Shown: positions 15,460 through 32,170 of the stretch, piece after piece
Position numbering within the stretch: position 1 is the stretch's first letter
Layout of the letters: each line of letters starts with the position of its first letter
Source of the DNA: the human T2T-CHM13v2.0 reference genome, Homo sapiens
NCBI RefSeq assembly: GCF_009914755.1
Contig: NC_060931.1
Length of the DNA stretch: 64,000 nucleotides
Direction: 5' to 3' (one strand)
Position numbers and translations under genes: made by a program
Notes under the pieces: generated by a model
Told to the model about the DNA's origin: nothing
What the model saw: only the letters and a program-made list of their open reading frames with translations
Databases searched by the model: none

Positions 15460-15547
15460 TTTCTTTCTTTCTCTCTTTCTTTCTTTCATTTCTTTTCCCT
15501 CCCTTCCTTCCTTCCTTCCTTCCTTCCTTCCTTCCTTTCTTTCTCTC
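15294..15547. repeat. Compound polypyrimidine microsatellite (CCTTT)n(CCTTTT)n(CTTT)n(CCTT)n
   Basis: 254 bp with a single purine (A at 15488). Confidence 0.98.
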
Positions 15548-15958
15548 AGAATTCAGACTTTGGTTAATCGTGACAAACCTATTAATAATTTCTGCTCTAT
15601 TAGTTTCCTCATACAATACAGTGCTTTATCTGTCAGCCAGAGTTTCCTTGGTGTGTAACCGTGGCTCTTATCCAGTGTATCTCATAATATTTATTTTCTG
15701 AAATAATCGAGAGCATATGCTTGTTAATGCTTTTATTAGTTCACATTTGAGAATGGGTTGCCAGTTTGCAGTCTAGATAATATTATGGTGTCTCTGCATC
15801 TGCCTGTCAGCTGCATCTACTACTTGAATGTTTGGTTATTTCTCCAGCCTCCCCTCATTAACCATTCCGGTTCCTCCTTAGGCAGCGCTCCTCATGGCCA
15901 CTGAGCATGAAGCCAAGGTCCCTGCAGTGATATCCTACACAGACAAGGGTGTAAATAG

Positions 15959-16331
<373 letters not shown>

Positions 16332-17057
16332 TAACAGAACCTGTAGCTGCTCTGTTAACCTGGAAACGGGCTTGCTTTGTACAAAAAAAGTTACCTGCTT
16401 TCAGATGGGGCCGGTGTTCATTTAATTTTTCTGATGACACAAACTTGATGATGATGAAGTTCCCTACAGAGAAAGTCACACTAGAAAGACTGATAAGTTT
16501 TCAGACCCTTGAGGTTGGCCAGAACTCTAAAGAAGAGGTAGATATGGAGAGACTTTGTAAAAGGAATCATCCTGACGTAGTGACAGATGGGATGTGGAAG
16601 ATGAAGGAGAGGGTGGAATCAAAGACGAATCATGAAAGCGACCCCTCTGGTGGCGTCGAAAAGCTTCTCAGTTGTTGGAGAATCTTTCACGTTGTGAGCT
16701 GATTAGATTGAAAAACACACATACATGGGGCTGTGACCTGAACTATATCTGACGAAGTCAGCAATTGCTTTGTGTGTTTGTGCACGTGTTCCTGTTTGTG
16801 CATGTGTTCATGTGTGTGTAAATGGGCCTGGTGTTTGTGACTCAGTAACTTTTTCTAAGAGAAAACACGCATCCTCAGCCTTGCAGGGGAGGCACCAGCT
16901 GTCAGTGGTGAAAGAGAGAGAAGGGTCTTCATTCCCCTCGTCTTCCCTCTGCTGTCTCCCCAGCCCTTTACCTCCCGCCTTGGCCCCTTCTCCCGTGCAT
17001 CTTCCTCTCCTCCTGCTCCAGAGAGGGAAGTAATTAAACAGTCTGTCCTGTGTTGGC

Positions 17058-17166
17058 TTTTTTTTTTTTTTTTTTTACTGCATATAGCCTTTTTTTTAAA
17101 AATTATACTTTAATTTTTACAGTGTATGTGCACAACGTGTAGGTTTGTTACATATGTATACATGTG
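17058..17166 (-). mobile_element. Extremely 5'-truncated L1PA (about 70 bp of 3' end) with two poly(A) tracts
   Basis: attatactttaatttttacagtgtatgtgcacaacgtgtaggtttgttacatatgtatacatgtg is the L1PA 3' terminus; TSD tgtgttggcttttt at 17049 and 17163. Confidence 0.88.
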
Positions 17167-17267
17167 TTGGCTTTTTAAGGATGTGAGACTTGTAAAAACA
17201 AAATACTATGAGTAGAAGTATGGAACAAAATGACAAGCCTCATTTACCTTAAAATAAGAAATCTCTT

Positions 17268-17803
<536 letters not shown>

Positions 17804-18371
17804 TTAGCTCTCAGTTTCTCTGAAGGAGATGGCCTTGCAGTTTGAACTCCAGGAGCTCCTAGGAGCCACTGTGGAAAAGAGGCCGGAGCATGAACAAGGA
17901 GCATCTAACTTCAGCCTGACAGGACAGCAGCTTGCAGTGCAGTAGTTACAACAACTCCGTAGAATTACCAAGCCTGCCTTGTAGTGATTGGGGAGGGAGA
18001 GTTGGTCCGTTGTCACATTGTTGCTGTGACTAGTCCATTAGCTGACCTCGGGGGTGTTTCTCTGGCTCGTCGAACACAGGGCTGTTCAGCTGTTACAAAG
18101 CTCGTGTCCAACCTAACATCAGTGTCTCTCTCTGATTTCCTTTTGCGAGCTTGAGAGCTGCCTGTGATACACTGTTGGTGGTGCTTCATGGAATTTGTCC
18201 TGTGTGCATGCGAGATAGTTTTAATTCTCTTTCACAAACTATTAATGAGCTCACGTCTAGGGTTGCTAGAGTTTAGGAACAGGAATCAGATGAGGAATAA
18301 TGAATTTAAAGATATAGATAGAGGACTCTGAGAAAAACAGCTGAGTTAGTGAGTCCTATCTGTAAAGGGTA

Positions 18372-18950
18372 TGGTTTCATTCTTTTTTTATGGCCGTGTA
18401 GTATTCCATGGTGTATATGTACCACATTTTCTTTATCCAGTTCACCATTGGTGGGCACCTGGGTTGATTCCATGTTTTTGCTATTGTGAGTAGTGCTGCA
18501 AGGAACATATGCATACACGTATCTTTTGGTAGAATTATTTATTTTCCTTTGGATATATACCCAGTAGTGGGATTGCTGGGTCGAATGGTATTTCAACTCT
18601 TAGTTCTTTGAGCCTGCTCTTCACAGTGGCTGGGATTATCATACACTCCCACTGACAGTGTGTGAGCTTTGCTCTGTAGCCTTGACAGCATTTGTTGTTA
18701 TTTGACTTTTTAAAAAAACCATCGAGTTGGTATCTCATTGTGCATGAGACGGTATGTCATTGTGGTTTTGATTTGCATTTCCCTGATGATGAGTGATGTT
18801 CAGCATTTTTTCATATGTTTGTTGGCTGCTTGTATGTCTTCTTTTGAGACATGTCTGTTCATATTCTTTGTCCACTTTTTAATGTGGTTATTTGCTTTTT
18901 GCTTGTTTATTTTAAATTCCTTGTAGATTGTGGATATCAGACCTTTTGTG
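18372..18950 (-). mobile_element. L1 (L1PB/L1MA-like) ORF2 C-terminal/3' fragment
   Basis: Translation ...[17 protein letters not shown]... from the L1 ORF2 C-terminus. Confidence 0.9.
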
Positions 18951-18959
18951 AAAAATGGA

Positions 18960-19645
18960 CATTTTTAAAGCTACAATATTTTGGTTTTTAGCATATCCAG
19001 AGAGCTATGCAACCTATATCATGACCTAAGTTTAGAATATTTTTATCACCTCAGAAGAGAAACTTCAAACCTATTAGCAGTTATTCCCCGTCTACCCTGT
19101 CCCCTAGCTCCTGAAAACCACTATTGTTTTAGTTTCTATGAATTTCCTACCACCACTCCATCATACTCTGCCACCCACCAAACTAATGCCACTTCCATTG
19201 CTAAGCCCACTAGGACACTCCCTAAAACTTCAATGCCTGACCCTCATGCCTCCGTGTATTCCTAAATAGCCATCGCTGTAGTATAACCAAAAACAACTAT
19301 CATTCCGCGCAACTATCATTCCATATAAGTGGAATCGTACATGGTGTCATCTTTCATGGCTGGCTTCTTTCACACAGCGTGATGTTTTCAAGGTTCATTC
19401 ATGTAGTAGCATGTCAGTACTTCATTGCTTTTTATGACTGAGCCATCCCATTGGGTGTATTTACCACATTTTATTTATCTGTTGATCAATGGTGGACATT
19501 GGGGTTCTTTCCACTTTGTGGCTATTATGAGTAGTGCTACTATGAATATTTGTGTACGTGCTTTTGTGTGGACATGTTTTTGTTTCTCTTGGGTAGATAT
19601 CTAAGAGTGGAATTCCTGAGTCATGTGGTAACTCCATGTTTAACC
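18960..19645 (-). mobile_element. Old L1M (L1MB-like) 3' fragment, interrupted by a NUMT
   Basis: atataagtggaatc...tggcttctttcac...tcaaggttcattcatgtagtagcatg...ggacattggggttctttccact...gtggtaactccatgtttaac. Confidence 0.85.
19149..19306 (-). pseudogene. MT-ND6: NUMT: mitochondrial ND6 fragment
   Basis: The minus strand in vertebrate mitochondrial code reads [51 protein letters not shown], versus human ND6 [52 protein letters not shown]. About 80% nucleotide identity by eye, ungapped. Confidence 0.95.
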
Positions 19646-20169
19646 TGATGAACTAGAGGGAGAAGGTTGGTACCTTGCCACGTTAGAATGACACAAATCT
19701 CTCCCAGGTGGTGAGTATAGCTCCCAAGTGGTGTAGCTCCTGTCCTGGCTAAGATTCAGCCATTTTTTTTTTCTTGAATAAATACTCCTCAGATTCTTGT
19801 AAGCCTTTGGTTATTTTGCAGAGTTCTGAGGAGGGTGATTTTGACAGTTTTGTCGAGCTGCTTTAACAGAAGAGCGGCTTTTTGGGATAAATTTCTCATC
19901 CTATTGCTTATTTTTAAAATTACTTTCTTTGCTTTTAAGCTTTAATAGTGTTACTTGAACTTTGCTTCTAACAGATGCATCATATTTCAGAGATAAACTC
20001 ATTAAATCACATCATATTCCCCAAAACTTTGACAGAAAGTTACCTAAGTCAGGATACCTTGGTGACTGGACTTTCCCCTGAGATTGTTTTCCTTCATTGC
20101 ACAGTAAGTTCATATTCTACTGCTCTCCCTCTCTTTCTTAAATTTTTCTATACTTTTTTGTGTCCTCTT

Positions 20170-22180
20170 TATTGAGATACAGTATGCATTCATTCACATT
20201 CTCTAATTTAAGAGTGCAGTTTAATGAGCTTTGAAAAAATGTGTAGTCATGTAAGCACGATTATGATACAAAACAATTTCATCCTTAAAAACAGCTTCCC
20301 TCTATCTTTTTACAGTCAGTCCATTCCTTTACACCCCAGCCCTTGGAAATCAGTGCTCTGCTTTCTAACACTGTGGTTAAGTCCCTTTCTAGAATTTCAT
20401 ATAAATGGAATCATGGAGTACCTATCATTTGGGTCTGGCCTCCTTCTCAGTACAATACCTTCAAGATTCATCCGTGTTGTTGCATGCTTATCAGTAGTTC
20501 AATTCTTTGTTATTATTATGTAGAATTTCGTTATATGGACATAACTCAGCGTGTTGATCCATTCAACAGTTGATGGACATTTGGGTTGTTTCCTGTTCTT
20601 AGCTAATTTGAATAAAGCTATGAACACTCATGCATAGGCAATTCTGTGAAAATTTTTATTCTTTTAGCAAAATATTTAGTAGAATTACTGGTCATATGAT
20701 AAGTTTATGTTTAACGTTATTAGAAACTGGCAGATTGTGACAAATGATGAGTATCTTTTTGTGTATTTATTTGCCACCTGTAACTTCACTGACAAAAGGA
20801 TCACCCAGCTCCTTGACCAGTTTATTATTGGACATTGCCTTCCTATTATTGAATTGTAAGATCTCTAAATATATACTGTCAAATAAATGTTTTTCAGATA
20901 GCTTATTCCAATATGTGGCTTGCTGTCATTTCTTTAACAATCTTAATAGTGCCTTTTGAAGAGCCGAGTCTTTTAATTTTCACCAAGTCTAATTTATCAA
21001 CTTTTTTCTTTTGTGATTTTGACTGTCATACTCTATTTAAGAAAGTTTTGTCTCAGCCAAGGTCATTAAGCTTTATTTTGTTTGTTTCTAGAAATTTTGT
21101 AGTTTTAATTTGCACATTTAGCTCTGTAATACAGTTCATGTTAAATTTTGTAGATGGTATAAAGTAAAGATCAAGGATCATTTCTGCTGGTATGTGGATG
21201 TCCAGTTTGTTCATGTTATGTTGAAATGGTGATTGTCTCCATGGAGTTGCTTTTACTTGCACTTTTATTGAAAATGAATTTGCTACTGATGGATGGGTCT
21301 GTTTCTGGACTCTATTCTGTTCCATTGATCTATTTGACTACCTTTGCAACATTATTACAGTCTTGATTACTGTAACTTTTAAAAAGACTTAAAATCAGGT
21401 CGTTTAAGTCTTCAGATTTTCTTCCTCTTTAAAATTGTTTTGGCTATTCTAGATTACTTATGTTTCAATATAAATTTTAGAATAAGTTTGACGATTTCTG
21501 CAGAAAATCCACTTAGAATATTAAGATTGCATTAACTCTATACATCAATTTTGGGAGAATTGGCATGTTAGTAACATTAAGTGTATTTGCGTGTAGATCT
21601 CTTTATTTAGGTATTTTAAATTTTTACCAATATCACATATTTTTTAAAGTTTATCACTGAGATTATATTTTTAAGATTATTCAAAATGTGTTATGAATTT
21701 TTAACTTACTATTTCCAATTGTTAGTATACAGAAATATTATTTATTTTTGTAAATTGACTTTTTATCCTACAAATTTGCTGAACTGTTTTATTGATTTTG
21801 TAGTTTTTCCATACATTTCTTAGGATTTTCTACATAGCTGTTCATTTTATCTGCAAATCAAGCCAGTTTTACTTACTAATTTCTGATTTTTACTGCTTTT
21901 ATTTCCTTTTCCTACCTTGTTACACTGGCTAGGACTGCCAGTAAAATGATGACTAGAAGTGTGAGAGATTAAATCTCTGCCTGGGTTCTAGATCTAAGGG
22001 GAAAAGTGTTCAGTATTCATCCATTCAGTATGTTACTTGTCGGTTTCTCATAGATATCATTTGGCAGATATCTTTTGGCAGGTTATGAGAGTTCCTGGGT
22101 TATGGAAAATGCCATAAATTTCCTCTTAGCACTTCCTTGCATGCGTTCTATGAATTTTGACGTGTGATTATTTAGTGTTT
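20170..22180 (-). mobile_element. Old L1M (L1MC/L1ME-like) ORF2/3' fragments
   Basis: T-rich antisense L1 (tctggactctattctgttccattgatctat; ORF MEQNRVQKQTHP... is L1 ORF2-like). Confidence 0.85.
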
Positions 22181-22214
22181 GTTCATTTCACACTCACATT
22201 TTTACACAGATAAG

Positions 22215-22600
22215 TATTGAGCTAAAGGTCCCATAGGACTGTGCTGCAGGTCTCTAGAGCTCAGGTCTTCTGTGAAGCACCTCCTCTCCAACACCCTGCT
22301 CCATAACGTCTAGCTTTACCGAACTCCTGGAACTCTGGGCTTTGTGTCCTCAGTTCATTAGGCCACCAGGTCTTATCTCAATCTCCTTTCTTAGGCTGTG
22401 GTCTGGAAGCTTTCTCTAGGCAGTGAGCTGGGGCCCTCGTAAGCTCAAATGTTTGTTTCCTGTCTATTACAGATGACTCTCTTGTACTGCCTGTTGTCCA
22501 AAGTCTAAAACACATCATTCGTGTATTTTTCCTATGTTCTTATTGTAGAAAGGAGAGTAAATCTAGTCCCTGTTATTCCTTTATGCTGAGAAACAGAAAT
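22215..22600 (-). mobile_element. Ancient L1M 5'-region-like fragment
   Basis: ggcagtgagctgggg...gcctgttgtccaaagtctaaaac...gtaaatctagtccctgttattcc resembles old L1M 5' ends. Confidence 0.5.
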
Positions 22601-24115
22601 CTGTAGGTTTACTATCACACTGATCTTGTGTCTCTGATTTCATGAAGGAAGCGTGCATGAGAGAAACTCCCAGAGGCAGATGTGCTCTAGGAGGAGTGAA
22701 GGACAGAAATGGCAAGCCCTAGGTAGCGCATGAGGCTGGGACCACCATTCTGGGGTTGATGTTTCTCCATCACACATTAGGTTGACCTGGGGAGTGTCTA
22801 GGAAAACACTGATGCTGTTTTGCCTCACAAACACTAAGTCAAAATCCCAGGCACCAGTGTTCTGTGAAAGCTATGCTTGGGAAACTGACGTGAACCTATT
22901 TGTGTGAAGCATGGGGCTAGCTCCTCTAAGCTGATTCTGACCTGTCTTATGTGAGGTCACTGAGCTGGCTCTGAGATGCCTACCAATATTGAAGTATTTA
23001 CAGACTGAAGCAATTTAGGCAGCATGCTCTAGTACTTCCAATATCTTCAGACAAGCTGCAATTCTTCTAAGGAGCTGAGGGGCAGGAGGGTTTGATCTCA
23101 CTTGGTAGTACAGTGGCAGTTGGGAAGTGCCTGTGGACATGTGCTATGTTCAGAATTGTCAGAATTGTGGACAGTCACTCCAGGCACTAATACTGGGAAC
23201 TGCCAATCAAGGCACATGGTAGCAACTTAGTAAATTGCAACTTTTTTTTTTTTTTGGAATGAATTTGATCAGGTAATTTGTTATCTCTGAGCCTCAGTAT
23301 TGTATTAGTATTGCCATGTGTAAAATAGTCTACTTCTGTTATCTTCCAGGATTTTGTGAAACTCACATAAAATAGACCACGTGAAGACATTTAGGAATTT
23401 ATTTAAAAAGAGGGAGGACTATAAATCTACTTAGTATGTTTTATGTCTTAATAATTTAATTTAGTCTAAAAGTGGGTTAGATGTAACGGTGCCTTTAGAA
23501 ATTAGGTCTTGTGTAAATAGGCATTGTTTTGGTTTCAATTAGTTCATAGAGGAAAGTAGGTTTACTTTAATAAATAATTGAAAACATATTAATACAAGTT
23601 GCAAAAATTTTTTAGTGAAAAGTGTGGAAAGAAAAAAAAACTACAATAAAACGGATATGGTTTTCTGCTTTCTTGTTGTTGGTATTTTATTTAAGCATTC
23701 ATTCTTTATATAAGGCTCACTCTCCTTGGCTTTTCTTCCTCTCTGAAATAAACAGACATTAGTCACATGCAGAATTAAACGCTGCTGCAGAATTTTGTGG
23801 TGTGGCATGAGACACTCAGAGCTGATGGAAGTCTAGAAAGGTTAAGCCGTTGTCCGACCTGAATCAAGCAATTCTTTTCAAACATTCAGTAAAATGCGGC
23901 CAAGTAGGCATAATCTAAAATGGACTATGTGGAGGTCCCGTGGGCAAGATTGGGGAGGAATTCCTGGGCAGTCTTCATCCATTTTCTTTTTCCTATTATG
24001 GTAAGCTAACTCACAGCTTAAGTCAATCCATGAATCCATCTCTAGTCCTGGGTCAAGCAACAGGGGTGGGAGTCTGGTGGGGAATCCGGCACTTAGAGTA
24101 ACGTGTTCACCATCG

Positions 24116-24118
<3 letters not shown>

Positions 24119-24164
<46 letters not shown>
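24119..24164. repeat. (GT)23 microsatellite
   Basis: Directly visible. Confidence 0.99.
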
Positions 24165-24165
<1 letters not shown>

Positions 24166-26259
24166 TCTAATGGTAGGATGTTTCAGTCTCTTCTCGTATT
24201 GCTCCAGAGAGAGCGCTGTGGTCTCACAAGTCTTCTGAGGATTCTTCCTGGTGGTTCAGAACAGAGTGTGGACTACAGAACCTTTAATGTATAATGTGTT
24301 CAGGAAAGAGTACCTGTAATATTTTGCACTGTTCATTTTTAGTATAGAAGCTGCAACTCTTGTCTTAATCTACATCTGGTTTTAGAAGGCAGGAGTTCTT
24401 AGGGAAAGGCTGGTGTAGCTTCATTTTGGCAATTTTAAAAGTTTTACCCGATGAACCCTTAGCCATCCTTGTTAGTCCTGCAGACAACCGTGAACATACC
24501 ACAGACAAGGTGCTCAGAAGGGGGACTTACCTATGCAGGTCCAATCATCTGCAAAGGATCGGGCACATTGGAGCCTGACCGTCTTAAAAAAGCCTTTCTT
24601 TATGAGAATCCGTGGGCTTTTTCTGTCCAAGGCAAAGCACAAAGCACTTGTTGGGCCTATTTAAGGCACTGCAGGATGGCATCCTTGATGGGGTGTTTCA
24701 GGTAAGCCACTTGCACCTTTTGTAGTAACTTTCTTATAGACAGTGGGCTCATTCAGTGTGTGGCAGATGCCCGGCAAGCATGCTTCATCTTGCTCTGCAG
24801 TGGCAACTCTCTCGTTTCCCATGTGGAATTGTGACCATGGAGCTTCGTATTTTCAGAGATTTAGTTCCTAATGAATAAAGTATTTTAAATGTACTTATTT
24901 ATTTGTGACCCCAAAAAAGAAGGGTTTGGGTTAGATGATCTCTTTCAGCTTTCAGAGCCTGCAATCCCTTTCCTGATTCCGAATCATAAATGTATGGGAA
25001 TGTGTCAATGTGCAAGAGAAAGAGGGGAACAGAAAAAGTCAAATACAAACACAAGAGTATTCCAGTTAACTTAAGCGAGAAAATCTTCCACAATTCCTCT
25101 TTCTTTTGGATTCTCTCCTGTTGTCTCCAAGGCTCACTGACTCCAACACAGGGCCCTGAGGGTCGGTTGCAAAGTGCTTGAACATTCTGTCCTTTGTTTC
25201 ACATCTAGTCTCATTTCAGGGTCCGTTTGTTGACACTTGAAGTCAAGCGCTGTGTCATCAGAGAGACTCTGGTGTAAGGCAGTCAGCTGTTTACTTTGCT
25301 GCACAATCTCTGTGCCCAGTTCAGCCAGAGAGAGCAGCCCTGCACGCAGCAAACCAGAACCAAGCCTGCAGCAGGACTCAACTAAGTTGTCACTCTGGAG
25401 TGTTTTTCTGGCTGGAAATGAAGCTAATCCTTCCTAATGCGCTGGCTTCTTCGACCATGTCCAAGCGAGGGCTCACATTTGGCTAAGGCTTCGAATCCTG
25501 TTTCAGGGAATCCAATTCAATTAATTCAATGTTCCTCTTTACTTAGCAAATACTAAATACCTACTACGTACCAGCCAGAGCAGTAGGCACTGGAGTACCC
25601 ATGAGACGTAAATCTAGGTACATAGTGGGAATCTTAAATTTGCTAGGACTGGGGAATTCGGGTGTATAGCCAAACAAAGAAAATGTAGTGGAAGAAATAT
25701 CAAATGCAAAAAAAGCAAGAATTCTTAGTTTAAAAAAAAAAAATATTTCACTTATGAAAGGAGTCTTCTGTGAAACCACCCCTAGGTGTAAGCCCTGGGG
25801 ATAGATCATTAGAAACAGGACCCCCCACCCACCCCCACAGAGTACCTGGGAACTTAAGCCTACAAAGATTTTCTAGACTCTCTATTAGATAAATTTTACC
25901 AAAACAGTTATGTTTCAGGAAAGTGGGGATCATTTTACCCAGTGGCCTTGCAAGTTTCACAGCAAGTCTCCTTGTTATGGGTCTACAGGGAATTAAGGCA
26001 ACTTGAACTAAGAGAGAAAACTATGGTATATTTTCTAAAAAAACAAAAAAAAATACTGCAATGAGAGTTCTATTTTTTTTTTTTACTTGGTAGAGTAAGT
26101 CATACCTAAAATTTCCCTGTAAGACCTTGGTCAAAATAAGAATGTTATTACTTTGGCTTAATATCAAAATGGTAAAACATGAACTGGAAGTCAAGATAAT
26201 AGTTTTCTTTACATCCTAATTGCAAATCCTTCAAGAAAAAAGGAAAATATGACAAAAGC

Positions 26260-26505
26260 AATATAGCATAGACATTGAATAGAGACTTTGAAGTCAAAAA
26301 GCTTGAAATCAAATAATGGCTCTAGCCGTCACTCAATGTGAGGTCGGAGGCAACTTATGAAACCTCTCTTAGCCTCAGTCTTTCCATGTGTAGGATGGGG
26401 ATGATAATATCTATTTCACATGGTTATTATTACAATTAAATGAGTGGCTAATTGAAAAGCTCTTTAACAAGTGCCTGGCATGTAGAAAATGCTCAGTAAA
26501 TTTCA
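26260..26505 (+). mobile_element. MIR, near full length
   Basis: agcctcagtctttccatgtgtaggatggggatgataat...agtgcctggcatgtagaaaatgctcagtaaat. Confidence 0.85.
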
Positions 26506-26596
26506 TTTACTATCATTCTTGTTGCTACTGTTACTGTTATTATTACCTGCAGTGTGTGAGGTCTTAGGCTGTGCTTGGACTTGGACATGAACTGGG

Positions 26597-26663
26597 AAGG
26601 GTGAAGGGGAGGGTGAACTGCAAACCTGAGTAAGGGTGAAGGAGAGGGTGTACTGCAAACCTG
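26597..26663. repeat. Two-copy tandem repeat, period 35 bp
   Basis: aagggtgaagg(g/a)gagggtg(a/t)actgcaaacctg x2. Confidence 0.9.
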
Positions 26664-27687
26664 TAATAAAAGAAGTCTGTATTGAAAGAAAAAGAAGCCA
26701 GGATCCCCAGAGATACAGGGGAGAGTGTAGAATGTGAGGGAACCAGCAAACCCAGTGTTCTCTAGTCTTAAACACTGAAACGTCTGAGACAGCTTTATAC
26801 ATCTCCTTGGGCGCATTTCTCTAACAGACAACAGTGTGGAAATCTGATCCAGCTAACAACAGAAACACGAAGAACCAACTGCATACCACTCCATCAAGAG
26901 CCAACCCTGGTTTAAAGTAAAGCTTCCTGTGGTGTTTCAGTCTTATTATCCCTCCAGGGATCCAGAAGTCATCATGAAGATATTTCGCTAAAACTGCACT
27001 CGTACGTTTAAACACTGATAATGGAAAAATGTATTTTGCCAAAAACAGTAAGAACTGCAACTTCTATTGAAACATACTGAGAAATAGTGTTATAGTGAAA
27101 GTCAAAGATCTGATGTTGAATCAGGTTGGGAGGGCAAGAAATGATTTTCATGAAGAAGGAAGAAAATGAATATTTTCAAAAGCTCACCTGCCTGGAAGTC
27201 ACAATGAAGCATTAAGGAACATCTGACATAAAAGGAGGGAGTGTAATTCATCAAGAGGATGCCCATGGGGACTTGATTGCTGGACTTTATTTCTAAGTCA
27301 GGGGAGGCATGATCCTAAGCATTCTGAAGAGATGGAAGGGACATCGGGGCTGCCACTGGGCCCCTCCCTCACACCTCATGCTCCACCAGGAGAGCTCAGC
27401 CTTGCCACGCGGCTCTGTGGCCTGGGACCTCAGGGTCGGGGTGAGCCGTGGTCCTGCTCAGGGGATAGCACCCTCTGCTCTGCTGTGCACGGTAGCCCCA
27501 CTTTTCATTCTGCACACTTCTTCTAAGCTGCAGGAGCTCCTGGCTCTTTTTCATGTCACCAAAGAGCCTTAAATACAGAAATCTTCATGTTTTCTTTCTT
27601 TTTTTTCTCTTTAGGAGTCTCTAGACTCCTCTTGGCCCAAAGGTTAACATGGTAGGTGGCATTTGCATTAAGTAGGTACCAATAGGG

Positions 27688-27713
27688 GTGTGTGTGTGTG
27701 TGTGTGTGTGTGT
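27688..27713. repeat. (GT)13 microsatellite
   Basis: Directly visible. Confidence 0.98.
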
Positions 27714-28264
27714 TGACCTTTGCTTTGATCAGCTTTTATTACAAAATTTGACCATGACTACGTTTGTGTGCAAGAGATGCCGCTGGAAGTATAGTCCCAG
27801 GCTGGGAAGCTGCTACCTAGCAGCAAAGTTACACTAGGGAAGAGGAGGTGCACAGCTGTGGCTGACAGCAGCGGCCTTTGCCACAATCAGTACTGGGCTT
27901 CAGTGGTCTTTCTCCCTCTATTATATCACATTTATTATAACAGCTTTATGTGCATGTGTCTCTAGGTCACCAGCTCCTTATGAGAAGTACCCGAGCTGTT
28001 TATCTTTCTTTCTCCAGGCCCCAGCCTCATTCTTTTTTTTTGTCCTGATTTTACTTTTTTTATTATACTTTAAGTTCTGGGATACATGTTGCAGAATGTG
28101 CAGTTTGTTATGTAGGTATACATGTGCCATGGTGGTTTGCTTCACCCATCAACCCGTCATCTACATTAGGTATTTCTCCTAATGCTATCCCTCCCCTTGT
28201 CCCCCACCCCCGACAGACCCCAGTGTGTGATGTTCCCCTCACTGTGCCCATTTGTTCTCATTGT

Positions 28265-32073
<3,809 letters not shown>

Positions 32074-32170
32074 TTATGATGGTAGCTGGTTACTTTGCTC
32101 ATTAGTTGATGCAGTTTCTTCATAGTGTCGATGGTCTTTACATTTTGGTATGTTTTTGCAGTGGCTGTTA

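Noticed and set aside
15077-15701. Lys/Arg/Glu-rich and Phe/Ser/Leu-rich ORFs of 105-179 aa
   Set aside because: They are translations of the polypyrimidine microsatellite.
27990-28060. Possible TSD or 3' transduction for the full-length L1 (gctgtttat here and at about 34514; gtcctgattttac between T-runs)
   Set aside because: No convincing TSD pair could be fixed; the left flank looks L2-like and tail decay explains the pattern.
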